From Chiloscyllium plagiosum (taxonomy: Eukaryota), in NCBI RefSeq assembly GCF_004010195.1, contig NC_057720.1:31991339-32031551 (forward strand): a DNA stretch of 40,213 bases, given 5' to 3'. The position numbers and the translations under genes were made by a program. Under the pieces are notes generated by a model that ran no database searches, was not told the origin of the DNA, and was given only the letters and a program-made list of their open reading frames with translations. Shown here in pieces: positions 11,285 through 23,747 of this stretch; the first letter of the stretch is position 1, and each line of letters begins with the position of its first letter.

Positions 11285-13084
11285 CCTTCTGTGGTTGGTG
11301 CCCTGGGATTCCCTCACTTTCTACTTGTTTACTGCTTTTAAGACCTTTCTTAAAAACCTTTTATCAAAGGTTACTCAGAGCCATATTTCCTTTATAATAT
11401 TCCTGTGAAGTGTATTGGACTGTTTCATTACATTAGAGACACATTGTAAATTATTCTTCTCCCATTTCTCAATTCTTCTAATTGATACTATCCTTTGAAC
11501 ACCTTAAAGATCTGAACGATGAACATGTGACATGCAGCTTGTATTGGAACTTCAAATGTCACTGAAGAAAGTGAAAAATTACAAATGTCCTTAGATTGCC
11601 TCTCTTTGCATTTGATATGACATAACACTACCTAGCAGCTATTGTTCTGAGAGTGAGCAGTCTTAAGGACACTGGAGGAAAACTAGGATCCTTATGAAAT
11701 GATGATATGAAAAGCTCTAGTAAAATATTCAACATTTTTTGAAGTTGTGACAAAAATTACAAGTGAAATTAAAAAGTATTTGTTGAAAAATATACTTTTC
11801 CAATCATTTGTAGTATTCCCAGAACCAATGGTTGCCACCCTTCTGCAAAAATGGGAATTATACTATGGTATAGTTTGACAGGCAACAGAGATTGTGAACT
11901 CCTGAATGGCAATTCTCTACATATGAATATTGACAATGAATACTAGTAGATTATTTGACCACTGAGGCCAGAACAACTGCTATTCCTATCCCAACCACCG
12001 AAATCACAGAGACTGGGACTGGCCATCTTATCAGGAACTGAAGATAAATTTGGGATCTTTACTGTCTTTGCCTGAAAGTAAGTTTTTGAATTACCAACCC
12101 GCAAGGAAACCATATAGCCTGGCTGGTAGTATCATTGGTGGGAGGGAGAGAATGGAATGAGAAAAATACAAACAATGTTCAAGTGAAGCCAAAATACTCC
12201 TCTTCAGCTTCTGACTGACACAGTAAAGATCCTAGATGCTTTGCAGATTAGCGAATGCAAGACCTGAGATTTCCATGAAGGCCCGGGCAGCTATAACTGA
12301 CTGGAATCTAGAAGGTCATCATTAACTTTCTATGACATTCACGGTTGCCTTTAGTGACCATGCAATGTTCAGATTTACTGAGATAACCTAGTGTATATGA
12401 AAGAGTCTGTAAACGGAAAAACACAAGGCAGGAAACTCATTGGTGCAGAGTAAGTTCAGATTTTGGATAGACACCAAGGTGTGGTGTTGCTAGAGTTGCT
12501 ATTTTCTTGGTGATTCAAAGTGTGGTTCCGTGCAGCAAAAATGACTAATCATCCTGGGACAATTAGCTGATTGTGGATTGTGAGTCTTTCAGGAGCAGCC
12601 ACGTTCCAGGGGAGTGACCAGGAAAAGCTGACAGTGATGACTAAGGTTTAACTACTGAGCATGTTACCAAAGCTGTTATTCATAAGGTGGGGGCTGTTTA
12701 CCTATGATGATAACTCATATTACAGAAAGGAAATATGGATGCCTTCTAAATAATTTCACAGCATTTCAAGAGACATCAAACAAAAGTACAGTATTATCCA
12801 TTTTATAATCAGATAATTGGAGGTTATTAAAATTTATGTTACTGAGGGTGTGTTTGATAAGGCATGGTCTACCGAATGGAGAAAAACTCAGAAACAATGC
12901 AATATTTATTATTTATTGTGGCAAGACGTCTAGAAAAATATCTTAGGGGTGTGTTACTGATAGGTGTAAAATGGTTTCTGTCTCAATGAGGGAGTTACAA
13001 ATGAAAATAAGAACACAGAAGCTGGATATATCAGATTGTTATAGAGATGAACTTTGTGAGTAGTTTATGTTTTGTCGGTAGTCC

Positions 13085-13229
13085 TGGTTACGCTGCTCAT
13101 GATCAGAAGGTTGTATGTTCAAGTCTGACTCAAGAAATTTGAACACAAAATCTAGATCAGCAGCTCAATGCAGTCCAATGGGAGTGCAGTGGCAGAGATT
13201 TGGTCATTCAGTTGCAATTTCAAACTGAG
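13085..13229 (+). mobile_element. 5' part of a Deu/SacSINE1-like SINE
   Basis: TCAGAAGGTTGTATGTTCAAGTC...GAACACAAAATCTAG...GGGAGTGCAGT, similar to the head of 3886-4355. Confidence 0.6.
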
Positions 13230-13455
13230 TGTTGTGATAATTTCAAAGGATTGACCACAGGAATCTGAATACAGGTCTACAATCATTTATTATGAAAACA
13301 GGGAGACAATAATCTTGTCCAAAGAATGACCTCTGCTGAATACAAGAAATTCATCACTTATATACACCTTTAATTACACTCCATTATTCAAATTGCAACC
13401 TTATGATCATACAATAAACAGATGTCTCTAGTCTAGGTATGTAGACTTCATTACA
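13230..13455 (-). mobile_element. Possible LTR, perhaps with decayed internal sequence extending to ~13900
   Basis: Minus strand reads TGTAATG...TATATAA...AATAAA...CACAACA, shortly preceded by a purine-rich run AAAAAAGGAA; no TSD found. Confidence 0.4.
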
Positions 13456-15904
13456 TATCTTAATTCACCCAATTCCTTTTTTGCCCTAGCCTGGCAGTCC
13501 CTGGTACTGCTTGCTTCAACTCATATCTGTTTATTCTATCTTCCTCCTTTGTCACCTAACAAATTCATTCGTTATGGTTCCCAAGATCTTTCTGAACTGT
13601 TCTTGGCCATTATGGTGTTCAAGGTTCATCTGGAGAATTCTTCTCTTTTAATGTTACTATTAGCATAGAAATTCTAACTCTTACAATCTCATTAACCTCT
13701 ACAGAGGCATCATCAGTCTGCTCAAATGACTATTGTTGAATAAGTAACTGAAAGGGTTAACTGACACAATCCGTTTAGCCCTGCCATTGGGATGCAAAGG
13801 ACTATCCCTGGGAGGAGCTAACAAATATTGGATCAGTGTCCAGTGTATCTGTTGGGCTGTTTTAGTAGAAATAATTTGTACTTACTCTTAAATCAAGCAT
13901 GATGTCTCACAAGAGATAATTGTGTACCTTAGATGTCATGTAGCTAACTACACAATAAACATTTAATATTTATCAAGATTGAAACTATCTTTTGCTGAAG
14001 ACTTACTGTGGCATCCTTCCCCGCTTGGTGTCAGTAGCTAAGGCTAATACCAGTGAGAATGGTTGGTGGATGTGAATCAATCCAGGTTATACAGATGGCT
14101 CAGGTGGGCAACCATGACAATATCAGATGCTGGCAACACTAGGGGATTGAAAGATACATGTACTACAATTAAGTTCCCCACAGCTTTGGAGGAACACATT
14201 GCATGAGTTGCAGAATGTGTGCTCTCATGCTGAAAGAAAGAAAACCCCTTGTTGTTAGCCAGCTAGAATAAATCATTCTGGTTACAGAAAACACATTTTG
14301 TTGTGTGTCACTCAAATATGCCTATTATCTTAGTAAGTCTGAGTGGTTTCCATTTTCCTTATATAGAATAGAAACTGTGTTCTCTCTGGTCTGCTTTTCT
14401 CGACAGGGAAGCCATGCTGGAAAAAGTTTATAAGAATGACCATAAAAATCAACAGCTATAAAACAAATGGACAAAGAAGGCCACAGTTGGGAGACCACTA
14501 AGGGCTGGAGACTGAAGGAGGCTGCAGAGGTAGGGTGGCCTTTATAAATTCAAGCAAGGATTTTCAGTTTAATAGATTGGAAACAGAGAATTGTTGAAGC
14601 TTGTTGACAATGACAACAATAAACCAAAAGGAGTTAATGTGTGTTCGGAGCTGGGTAGTAGTTTCAGATTAATTGAAGGATTTCCACAGACAGAGCTGAG
14701 AAGGCTGACAAATAGTATATTGAGCTCAAACCTGTAAATGACACATATAAAGTAGTCAAACTTAAATCAACAGATATTAAAATTACATTTTTGTGCGAAT
14801 ATTTAAATATTGTGTAAAACAAAACGAACTGTTGTAAACAAAGGCATGTTATTATGATTCCTTACGTTTTGGTTTTAAAAAGACATGGCAAGTGACAATC
14901 TCTGCTTTCAAGTGGTCAAAAACATGTTTTTAGGTTTCAGAGCCTGGGGGGTTGGATTTTGCTTTTGGGATTCTGAGGTTGGATAAATTTACTGAATATG
15001 GCGCTATGACCTAGCATTGAAATTAAGCCCTCTATCCCCGTAAACTGGACTGTGGTTGCCCTGTCTAAATTACGACACATTATATTCTTGGAGAAGGGGC
15101 GCAAGCTAGCAGGAACATATTGCTGAGAAACCCAAACATCCCCTTCCCACTCCCTCTACACCCCATCACCCTCTTAATCCCGCACCTGTGCCCTTTGTGT
15201 ATTCATTTCTCTGCATTCTATACTGTGGATTATTTAAAGTTAAAGTTTTGTTTATATTCTATTTTCAAGAGAATAAACTAAGAATGTCCACCAAGGTTTT
15301 TGTTTAATTATGTAAGTAACAGTGGTGATTAAAATGACTTTCATGTAGGATTCATTTCCATCAACTGACTTTTAATGCGGTGAAGTTATCATTATGAATT
15401 TCACAGTGTTTGAGCAAGGAGGCTGTGGAGTAATGCAGAAGGCCCAGGCAATTACAGTGTGACAAAGATAATGACGGGACAGATTGATGCTATAATTTGT
15501 TGGGGCTTCATCACAGTACAATGGAACACAAACGGTAGATAGATCCTACCCTTGTCTTTCTAAATACATTTTGATGGAAAGCTTCTTTATTCCTTCTTTT
15601 ATGAAGTGTTTATGACATACTTCCTGTAACATTCTAGAGCTATAAACATTCTACAGCTCACAAGATGCTCATAAAGCAAGTTAAAAGGCTGGATCAGTAC
15701 GATATAAAATTACTGCTATTCCTATTAATTGCTTACTATGGTGAATTGTTATAGAAGTGATTCAGATTGAGGATAGAGTAAGTAAAAGTAAACATAAACC
15801 TATATAGCAGCCTGGGGTTATGGATGTGCTCAGCTGTTTAACATTTTACCAGTCTGCAAAGTTCTGTTGCAACTTCTGAAAAGTTTTATATAACTCAATA
15901 AGTA

Positions 15905-17155
15905 TACAAGAACTTAAAATTAGGAGCAAGATTAAGCCCTTCAGGCCTTTGAGTTCAATCTTCCATTAAATGAGATCATGGTTGACCTTCTACCCAACAA
16001 CATTTTCCTGCAACATCCCTATATCTCTCAATGTTTTTAATATGCTCAAATCTATCAAAAATATGAATGTAATCAATAACTGAGCCTCCACAGCCTCTGA
16101 GGTAGAAATTCCAAAGATTTAACATCCTCTGACTGAAGTATTTCCTCCTCATTGCAGTACGAAATAGTCTTCCCCTTATTCTGAGACTGTGGCCTGGTTC
16201 CAGACCATCAAGCCAGGAGAAACACCCTTTTTACATGGGCTCTGTAAATTTGAATGAAATTACCTCTCATGCTTCTCAAATCCAGTGAATACAGACTTGG
16301 CCTATCTAATCTTTAATTGCACTACAATTCCTCCATCTCAGGAATTAGTTTGATTAACCTTTGATTAATTACATTTTCCAGAGAGAAGGAAACCAAAACT
16401 GTATACAATACTTCACGTGTGGGTCCCTCCAAGGCTCTATGTAATTGCCTTGACATCTTTACTCCATACTGAATATGACTGTATTAAAAATCAGTACAGT
16501 ATTTGTCTTTTTAATTGCTTGCTGTATCTGCATTTTGCCTTTCTGTGATTCATAAACATGGACACCCAAGTCTCTTTGAAGTTTAACACTTTCTAACCTC
16601 TTAACATTTGGTTATCATTAAGGTTTACTCTGTAGTTCTACTTTTCCCCAAACAAAGTGGATTACTTTACATTTCTTCATCTGCCAAATAATTGTCCACT
16701 TCCTTGACCTTTGCAAATCCTCTTGAAGCATTTTTGCTTCTTCTTCACAATTTGCTTTGACATAGCATTGCGTCAACTGCAAACTTGAAAATGTTTCATT
16801 TAATCTCTGTAGCCAAATTATTGATACAGATTGTGAATAGGTTGGGCCTAAATAGTGATCCTTGTGATATCCCACTCGTCACAGTTTGCCAATCTGAAAA
16901 TGACCTATTTATTCCTACTCTGTTTTCTGTCCATTAACCAATTATCAATCCATATCAGTATCTTACACCTCTTCATTTCCATGTGCTGGAATTTTGTTTA
17001 CCAATCTCTTGTGTGGGATCTTATCAAAAATAACCACATCTACTGATTCATCCTTTATCCAGCTGCTGGCTATAAGACTCAAAACCAGTGCAGTGAATAA
17101 ATAAATCAAATTTTAAAAAACTCCAATAGGTTTGCTAAATATAACTTCCCTTCCA
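15905..17155 (-). mobile_element. Old CR1 LINE 3' fragment
   Basis: Decayed RT C-terminal peptides (ORF 16618-16875: LQEDLQR..KW...WQM.KCKVIHF) and a CR1-type 3' tail near 15905-15990. Confidence 0.8.
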
Positions 17156-18086
17156 ATAATCTGTACAATCTCAAGGCAAATCAAGGCAATATTATGTAAT
17201 TTTTTTTCCTGGAAAAGAAAATGCATAAATTAAATAAAAATTCAAATTAATGCAAGAATGATATTTAAGATAAAATGATAGATTGTAATTTTGAAATGCT
17301 AAAATATAATAAAGCTTGACCATTTAGCTGTGCTGATCTAATTTGTTTCCATGCTCTTTCAAAAATATTGTAATTAGCAACTTAGAAAAATTTGGACGAG
17401 TTTGCAATGGTGAGAGCAGTATGCAAAACAGCAAAATTTATCTTGCTCATGCCAATGCTACCATGCTAGAGATTCTTAGCTACGATAACATATTTCTGCA
17501 CTTCAGAATAAGAAGTGAGACGTATACTCTTTCACAAATTATTTATTAAGAAAATTTTGCAGTCAAAGGTGTTTTAACGATGATGGTTTCTGATTGACTA
17601 TGATTCAATGACAGAAATGTGTTGGTTGTTTTGAATGTCGTATAGATGTTGACTGACCTAGTCGCATATAAATTGTAATTATATCTGGTTCAAGCACAAA
17701 GCAACTTTGTGTGCCCCTTTTGTGTACATATCAGCACATGTGCATGAGGCAGTGATTTGACTGCAAGCTAATGCCTCAGGCAATTATTACTTGGGATTAT
17801 TGTGTAAAACACACAAGGTAACAGTTTGGTGTCAAAATTATGAAAATAATTATTGAAAGTTACATAAGTAAGAAATAATAAAGTTATTAAAGGTTCTCTT
17901 TCCGAAGAGAAGAGGTTGATAAATTTAAATCATTTAAATAAAGATTCAGCAGCTGTGATGACATCTGTAGTCAATTAGTTAGAGCAGGTGGACTGAACAG
18001 GTGGAGTGAAGACTCCGTTCGTTCACTTTTATGGGTATGGATCTTGGTAACCTGGTTCAGTACAGCAGTCCTGGATGCCTGTCCTG

Positions 18087-18194
18087 TCACAAAAACAGAA
18101 ATTGCTGGAGAAAGTCAGCAGGTCTGGCAGCATCTGTGGAGAGAAAGCAGAGTTAATATTTCAAGTTAACATTTCAAGTCCAGTGACTATTCTT
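18087..18194 (-). repeat. Penelope-like terminal repeat fragment
   Basis: ACAAAAACAGAAATTGCTGGAGAAAGTCAGCAGGTCTGGCAGCATCTGTG; same family as 31961-32136; 13-bp internal tandem duplication GTTAAYATTTCAA. Confidence 0.7.
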
Positions 18195-19651
18195 ATTGAG
18201 AAGCATTTCAAAATATCTGCCTCATGGCATTCAGATGATTTTCCTCAAAATAACATTTCTAGTCAGCTTCATCACAATCAAACAAAATGGTTGCAAATGT
18301 TGATTTTGATATATCATTGTTTCACAATACAAAGCCAGTTTTCCTGGAATTTTCATCAACCAAATCACTCCAAATCTACTCTTCTCTAATGCATGAACCA
18401 AAGATCTTGTTTTTAGTCTGAAAGTTAATTTTGCAGCCTTGCCTCAGAATGTTTGCAAATTCTTAATATCTCCCACTGTGAGAGGAAACAAAACCTTGAT
18501 ACAGGGTTCTAACTATAGTCGTACCAGTGTCTTGTACAAGGACAAATAAAATGCTTTGTTTTTCAGGGTGTTATGTCTTCTCTTCCCTAAAAATGTTCTG
18601 TGTATTGAATTAGTTGTTCAGCTAATTTTCCAGGTTGGCATATATGACTGAGGAAGTAGATATGACGATAACAGTGAAAATTGAACATAGTTGAGATACA
18701 ATCCAGTGAAAGACTAAGGATTAAAGAGACTAATTTACTTCGTTAAATGGTTTTCAGCATGCTCAAATTTCAGTAACCATATCAAAAAGAGGTGTGACAC
18801 ATGCCAGCATGAATATTCTTTTATGAACAATTTTGAATGTGTGACAGTGCATTTCTGTTTTTGCTTCAGATTTCCAGTATTTTGCTTTTGTTTTGTTATC
18901 TGATCCCCACCTACATTACTGTAATGGCAAGACTTCAAATGTCTACTTTGGCTAATGTTGTGAAATGTATTACATAAATATTAATCTTTCCTTTTGCTGA
19001 TAATAGCTAATACTTTGCTCTCTTTATCTCCTTGAGAAGGCAGGAGCTGTCTGATGACCAGTCATTCATGATGTACTGAGTGTGAATCAACTATTATTAG
19101 GATGGTGCCAGGAACAGGTTTTTCTCATTATGGATGTGATATCTGACTATATTTTATGGTGGCTTTATGTTAGAATATTAGGGGTCTTGCATTTTCTCAA
19201 TATGATGGTGTGTGCTGGGATGTTAGAGGATTTGCAACACCTCATTTTCCCACACATTTTATATTCAAATCTGTTGAATTCTTCACGTTATGGGGATGGG
19301 GACTGCTGAATCTGTTGTTCAAGGTTTGCGAGTTTTTTTAGCATGTATGCAATGATTACAGCTTTGCAACTGATAGTTTTGTGTATGGTCTTTAAAAAAC
19401 AATTTGTTATTCCTAAACAAAATTCTAATTTAAAGGACATCTTATATCACCTGCAAACTAATGTAAATGCTCAAGAAGTGGGAAGATAGAATACTTTTCG
19501 AATTAGACTGATCTTAACTGAGAAATTTAATAAAGATTGGTCAATGTTGTGTCATAAAGCTGGATAAATATCTCAAGGACAGCACTACTCATAGATCCCA
19601 CAGGCTTCCTCGTGATCACAATCTTGATTGTAGCATGAAGTTAGACAGGAG

Positions 19652-19839
19652 CTGAAAAATGTGTTGCTGGAAAAGCGCAGCTGGTCAGGCAGCATCCAAG
19701 GAGCAGGAGAATCGACATTTCGGGCATAAGCCTTTCTTCAGCCCTGCTCCTTGGATGCTGCCTGACCTGCTGCGCTTTTCCAGCAACACATTTTTCAGCT
19801 CTGATCTCCAGCATCTGCAGTTCCTCACTTTCTCCTATC
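19652..19839. mobile_element. Fold-back Penelope-like mini-insertion with 16-bp TSD
   Basis: 59-bp inverted arms 19649-19707 and 19743-19801 (1 mismatch); TSD TGAAGTTAGACAGGAG at 19636-19651 and 19840-19855; degenerate hammerhead core on the minus strand in the loop. Confidence 0.88.
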
Positions 19840-21204
19840 TGAAGTTAGACAGGAGGCTAAGATGCAGAAGGAGATCTATTTTGTAAGAGAGAGAGAGAGA
19901 AAGGAAATAGAAGTAATTGCAGAGGAGAAGAAAGGTTTAAAATGATCAATAATAAGTGGATTAAGCAGGGTAGTGCTAAAATTATTTATCATTTTGGTTG
20001 CTCGATAAGTGAGGTCTACTGCAACAGATTATGTCTTACTTTGCCAATGCATGATGTGACAGAAAATAAACCACTTTAGTATAAGTTGCCAAAATGACAT
20101 TATTTTAACAGCTATGAACATAGAAAGAGCTTGTGAAGTCTTTGGTCTCATTGCAGTCTCTAATGCATGCAAGACTATTATGTTGTGGTCTATAATGGAA
20201 ATTCCCCAAAGATTTAAAGCTCAAAACAGTTGAAAATATTAACTTTTGAGAGCCAGACAGTAATAATTTGCTGGGACTTTCCAACAGACTCTAATAGCTT
20301 TAATAATTCCACTGGTTTCAACTTGTGTGAAGGGACTGACTTCCACTTGGTTTTGAGGGAAAGTGCTGTTGCGAGTATTAACCCTTTGCTTCAGCTCCAA
20401 CATGTTCTCCAGTTATGAGTTGCTTCTTCACTGGCAGCTTTGACATTTCAGCATCAGATCATTGGTTAGAAGACACAGCTGGAGGTACAGCAAAGGCTGA
20501 AGTGTGTATCATTGGCTCTGATTTTAATGGCAGGTCAGTTTTCTGTTGCTGAGTTTCAATCTTAATTCAAAATTTTCTCCTGACACCAAAATGCATGACT
20601 CCAAATTCTTTTAATTTATTATAATCACACCAATTTCTGGTGGGTTCATCACAAGCAGGCTGAAATGACAATGCACCCCACCAAGGGAGAATGGATTCCT
20701 TTGAAACTGCTTCAGTGTAATTCAAAGTCAAAATGCTAGACTCTCTGACATCTTCCTAGAGCCACTGCTCAAAACCTCAGACCCAGGAGGAAATTCTTTC
20801 CTGAGTCTGTGCTGGCTACTCTGTAATGACCAAATCATTGATAGAGATTGCTGACTTTCTGAGCTTCAAGAATGTTGCACCATTTAAAAGGAGGGGAGCA
20901 GAGAAAATACTTTAATGGCCTGACTAATTTAGCAAGTGTGAATACAATTTTTCATTGTCCAGCTTTTTCAAAAACACAAAGGGCACCAACTGGGTCCTTT
21001 CCCTCTGCCTCTAATATTCTCAAAGATTCCCTTTAATCATATCCTTTTGGACCAACATTCAACATTACTTCTCACTCTCATTGCAAATGTGCATTAGCTC
21101 CCACAAGTCCCTCCTTTCTCACTTCACTCTTGGCTTTCAATGTAATACCTCTCCATCCTGATTGTTGCATAGGAGCGTGAAGCATTGATTGGGACACTGG
21201 TACC

Positions 21205-21299
21205 ACCTGATGAAGGGCTTTTGCCTGAAACATCAATTTTCCTGCTCCTCAGATTCTGCCAGACCTGCTGTGTTTTTCCAGCACAACTCTAATCTTGAC
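21205..21299 (+). repeat. Penelope-like terminal repeat with degenerate hammerhead core
   Basis: CTGATGAAGGGCTTTTGCCTGAAACATC at 21207-21234, followed by the family arm sequence. Confidence 0.75.
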
Positions 21300-21963
21300 A
21301 GAGCACAACAGATCATTCATCCTGTTTTGGCACTGAAGCTAGATTCTTTTGAGCTCCAACGGGTGATGACATTTGTAAACACCTCTGTCAATGCTGCCCA
21401 TCATCAGCCAAATGACTACTTGTTCCCTTCCAAAGGGAAAAGAATTTACCTTCTCTCCTGGCGGACTTCAGGAGAATCTCTACAGAGGCATTGCTAAAGT
21501 ATGGCACCACCTTTTCATGTGGTCTTCAATATCTCCAGGGAATGGGTAGGGATGATGAGCAGAGGTCGAGTTTTGCTCCTGGACTGCAAAGAGAGAAGAG
21601 CTGTCAGCTAGACTTTTAAACCTGCAGCCCAGATATTGGGGCCCAGAACCTCCTACCCATAAAATATAATGTTATATCTTTGCCTGAATTTATAATGAGC
21701 TGAGTATGGTGTACATGTGTGGCTAAACCCAATCTGTGCCAAGAAAGTAAGCCCACTCACTTTTATATCTACTTCCACACTTACTGCGGATTAGTGCAGC
21801 ACAAAACAGGCCATGTTACCTATTGAGTCTGCACCAACTCTTTTGAAGAGCAATCCTTGGTTCTAATTGCCTGCTTTTTGCCCATTATGGCAACATCTGT
21901 CTCGTATGGGCCACACACTGGTCAAAATTACTGACCTTTGAAATAAACTGAATGTTGAGGAAT

Positions 21964-22814
21964 TAACTTGTCCTCCAACACCTGATTTAGGTATTGGGCC
22001 TATTTTTCAAGCTCAGGATTTAAGGGTTTGATGTCTTAGAAAAGGGCAAAGAAACCTAGTAGGATTTACAAATGTGACATTGTGAATATATGCCACTGAA
22101 GTTTTGATGTTTTTAACTAGGTACTAGGTGAGTGTCTAAATACACAGATTTTGCAGGTAGAGGCCTTGGTTTAACATCTCAACTTGAAGACAGCACCAAC
22201 TAGTGCAGTATTGCCAATAGGCTCGAGCATATGAATTTCTGACTCAGAGATAGCAAAATCTGACACCAAATATAGACCAAATACACAGACTCCAAGCGAT
22301 TGTTTTATCACACTAGTGCATCTCAATTTGTTCATGCTGAGACAGTTAGCAATGCCTCATTTAATATTCCCAAGAGTTGTCTGCATGTCCTTAATGAGCC
22401 ATGACTTTGTTAGGGTTCAGATTTCCAAGGCTTTGTTATATTGATGTACTTCAAGGATGAGTTCTAAAGTTTCATTTTTTGATTTATAATTGAAATATCA
22501 GTGTTGATTGCATTAAAAAGCCACTTCCTTTGGTATAAATAGAACCCCTATTTTCAACTGAAAAGAAATCATGTTTATAATTGTGCTATTGGATTCTTTA
22601 CTTTTGTTACCCTGGTTACATTAATGATGTTTGAACCAACAAAGCTTCTTTCTAAAATAAGAACTATACCGATAATGATTAAACACATACATTTATGTCA
22701 TTTTTAAATCCTTCTAGATTTCTTTGCCCTTTTCTAAGACTCTGACATCAAACCCTTAAATCCTGAGCTTGAAAAATAGGCTGATACCTAAACTAGGTGT
22801 TGGAGGACAAGTTA
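21964..22814. mobile_element. Candidate MITE / non-autonomous DNA transposon, or a local inverted duplication
   Basis: Inverted ends 21964-22080 and 22695-22814; first 20 bp and an internal 38 bp are perfect; flanks read TTAA (left) and TTAT (right). Confidence 0.6.
22150..22255 (-). mobile_element. Deu/SacSINE1-like SINE fragment
   Basis: GGCCTTGGTTTAACATCTCA...GACAGCACC...TTCTGACTCAGAG is the reverse complement of the head seen at 3886 and 13085. Confidence 0.55.
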
Positions 22815-23009
22815 TCCCCAGAAAATCTTTCATTTGTTTTTGTTTTCCCATGTAGAAAAAGGCTGGTATAAACATTATTCAGTGCCTCCCATGATGGAAT
22901 GGTGACTTTTAGGAATCTTCTGTCTTTTATCATCTGCTGTACACGTTATTTTCAAACTAACAGAAAAATATCTGTATGGCTCTCGCCTCATTTAAATGCA
23001 TCAATAGGG

Positions 23010-23354
23010 AAAGGCAATGACCTATTGGTATTATCATTAGGCTATTAATCCTGTAGACCCAGATAATGTTGTGAGTTTGAATTCTGCCATGACAGATGGT
23101 GGAATTTGAATTCAATTTGAAAAATCTGGAATTAAGAGTCTAACAATGACCATGAATCCATTGCCAATTTTCGGACAAACTCATCTGGTTCACTAATGTC
23201 CTTTAGGAAAGGAAACTGCCAACCTTATCTGGTCTAGCCTCCACTTAACTCCAGACCCACAGCAATGTGATTGATTCTTATCTGCCCTGTGGGCAATTAG
23301 AAATGGGCAATAAATGCTGGGCCAGTGACACCCTCATGCTGTGAATAATGAAAA
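23010..23354 (+). mobile_element. Meta-domain-type SINE
   Basis: Core CATCTGGTTCACTAATGTCCTTTAGGAAAGGAAACTGCC...ACTCCAGACCCACAGCAATGTG recalled as the MetaSINE/SlmI central domain; tail GGGCAATTAGAAATGGGCAATAAATGCTGG. Confidence 0.75.
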
Positions 23355-23747
23355 GAGGCACCATTTTCTATTCTTAATTGTTTAATTTTTAATTTTTGGG
23401 GGGGATAACGGCTTTCTAGGCAAGGTTGGCAATTTTTGCCTATTTCTCATTGCAGTTGAGAAGTTAATGTTTTATCTTCTTGTTGTCCATGTGGTGAATC
23501 TCACTAAATTCAATTACATTAAAGGAAGAGCAAGATATGCCTAAAACAGGAATCAGTGTAAATGGGTTTCCTTTTCACCTCCTGCATTTTAGATTTTGGA
23601 TGTTGCAATTATGGACAAAATCCTCTGGTCTTACAAGATTCCCAGGGCCAGATAATTTACTTTTTCCAAGCCTAAGGATGTCTGTGTTCTGCCAGCCTGC
23701 ATGATGTTCGCCGTGGCAGCCAGTTAAGGCAATGTAAGCGTCGCCGG

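Larger units (their letters stand above)
10040..11450 (+). mobile_element. L2 LINE 3' fragment hosting a solo LTR and a SINE
   Basis: CFSDIQWMCRNFFQLN resembles L2 'CLSDI..WM..NFLQLN'; 3' part resembles 1490-1585 and 2112-2220. Confidence 0.7.

Noticed and set aside
11890..12120. Possible LF-SINE-like remnant on the minus strand
   Set aside because: Similarity too weak to support by eye.
19649..19801. pre-miRNA or terminator hairpin
   Set aside because: Explained by a multi-copy fold-back repeat with a TSD.
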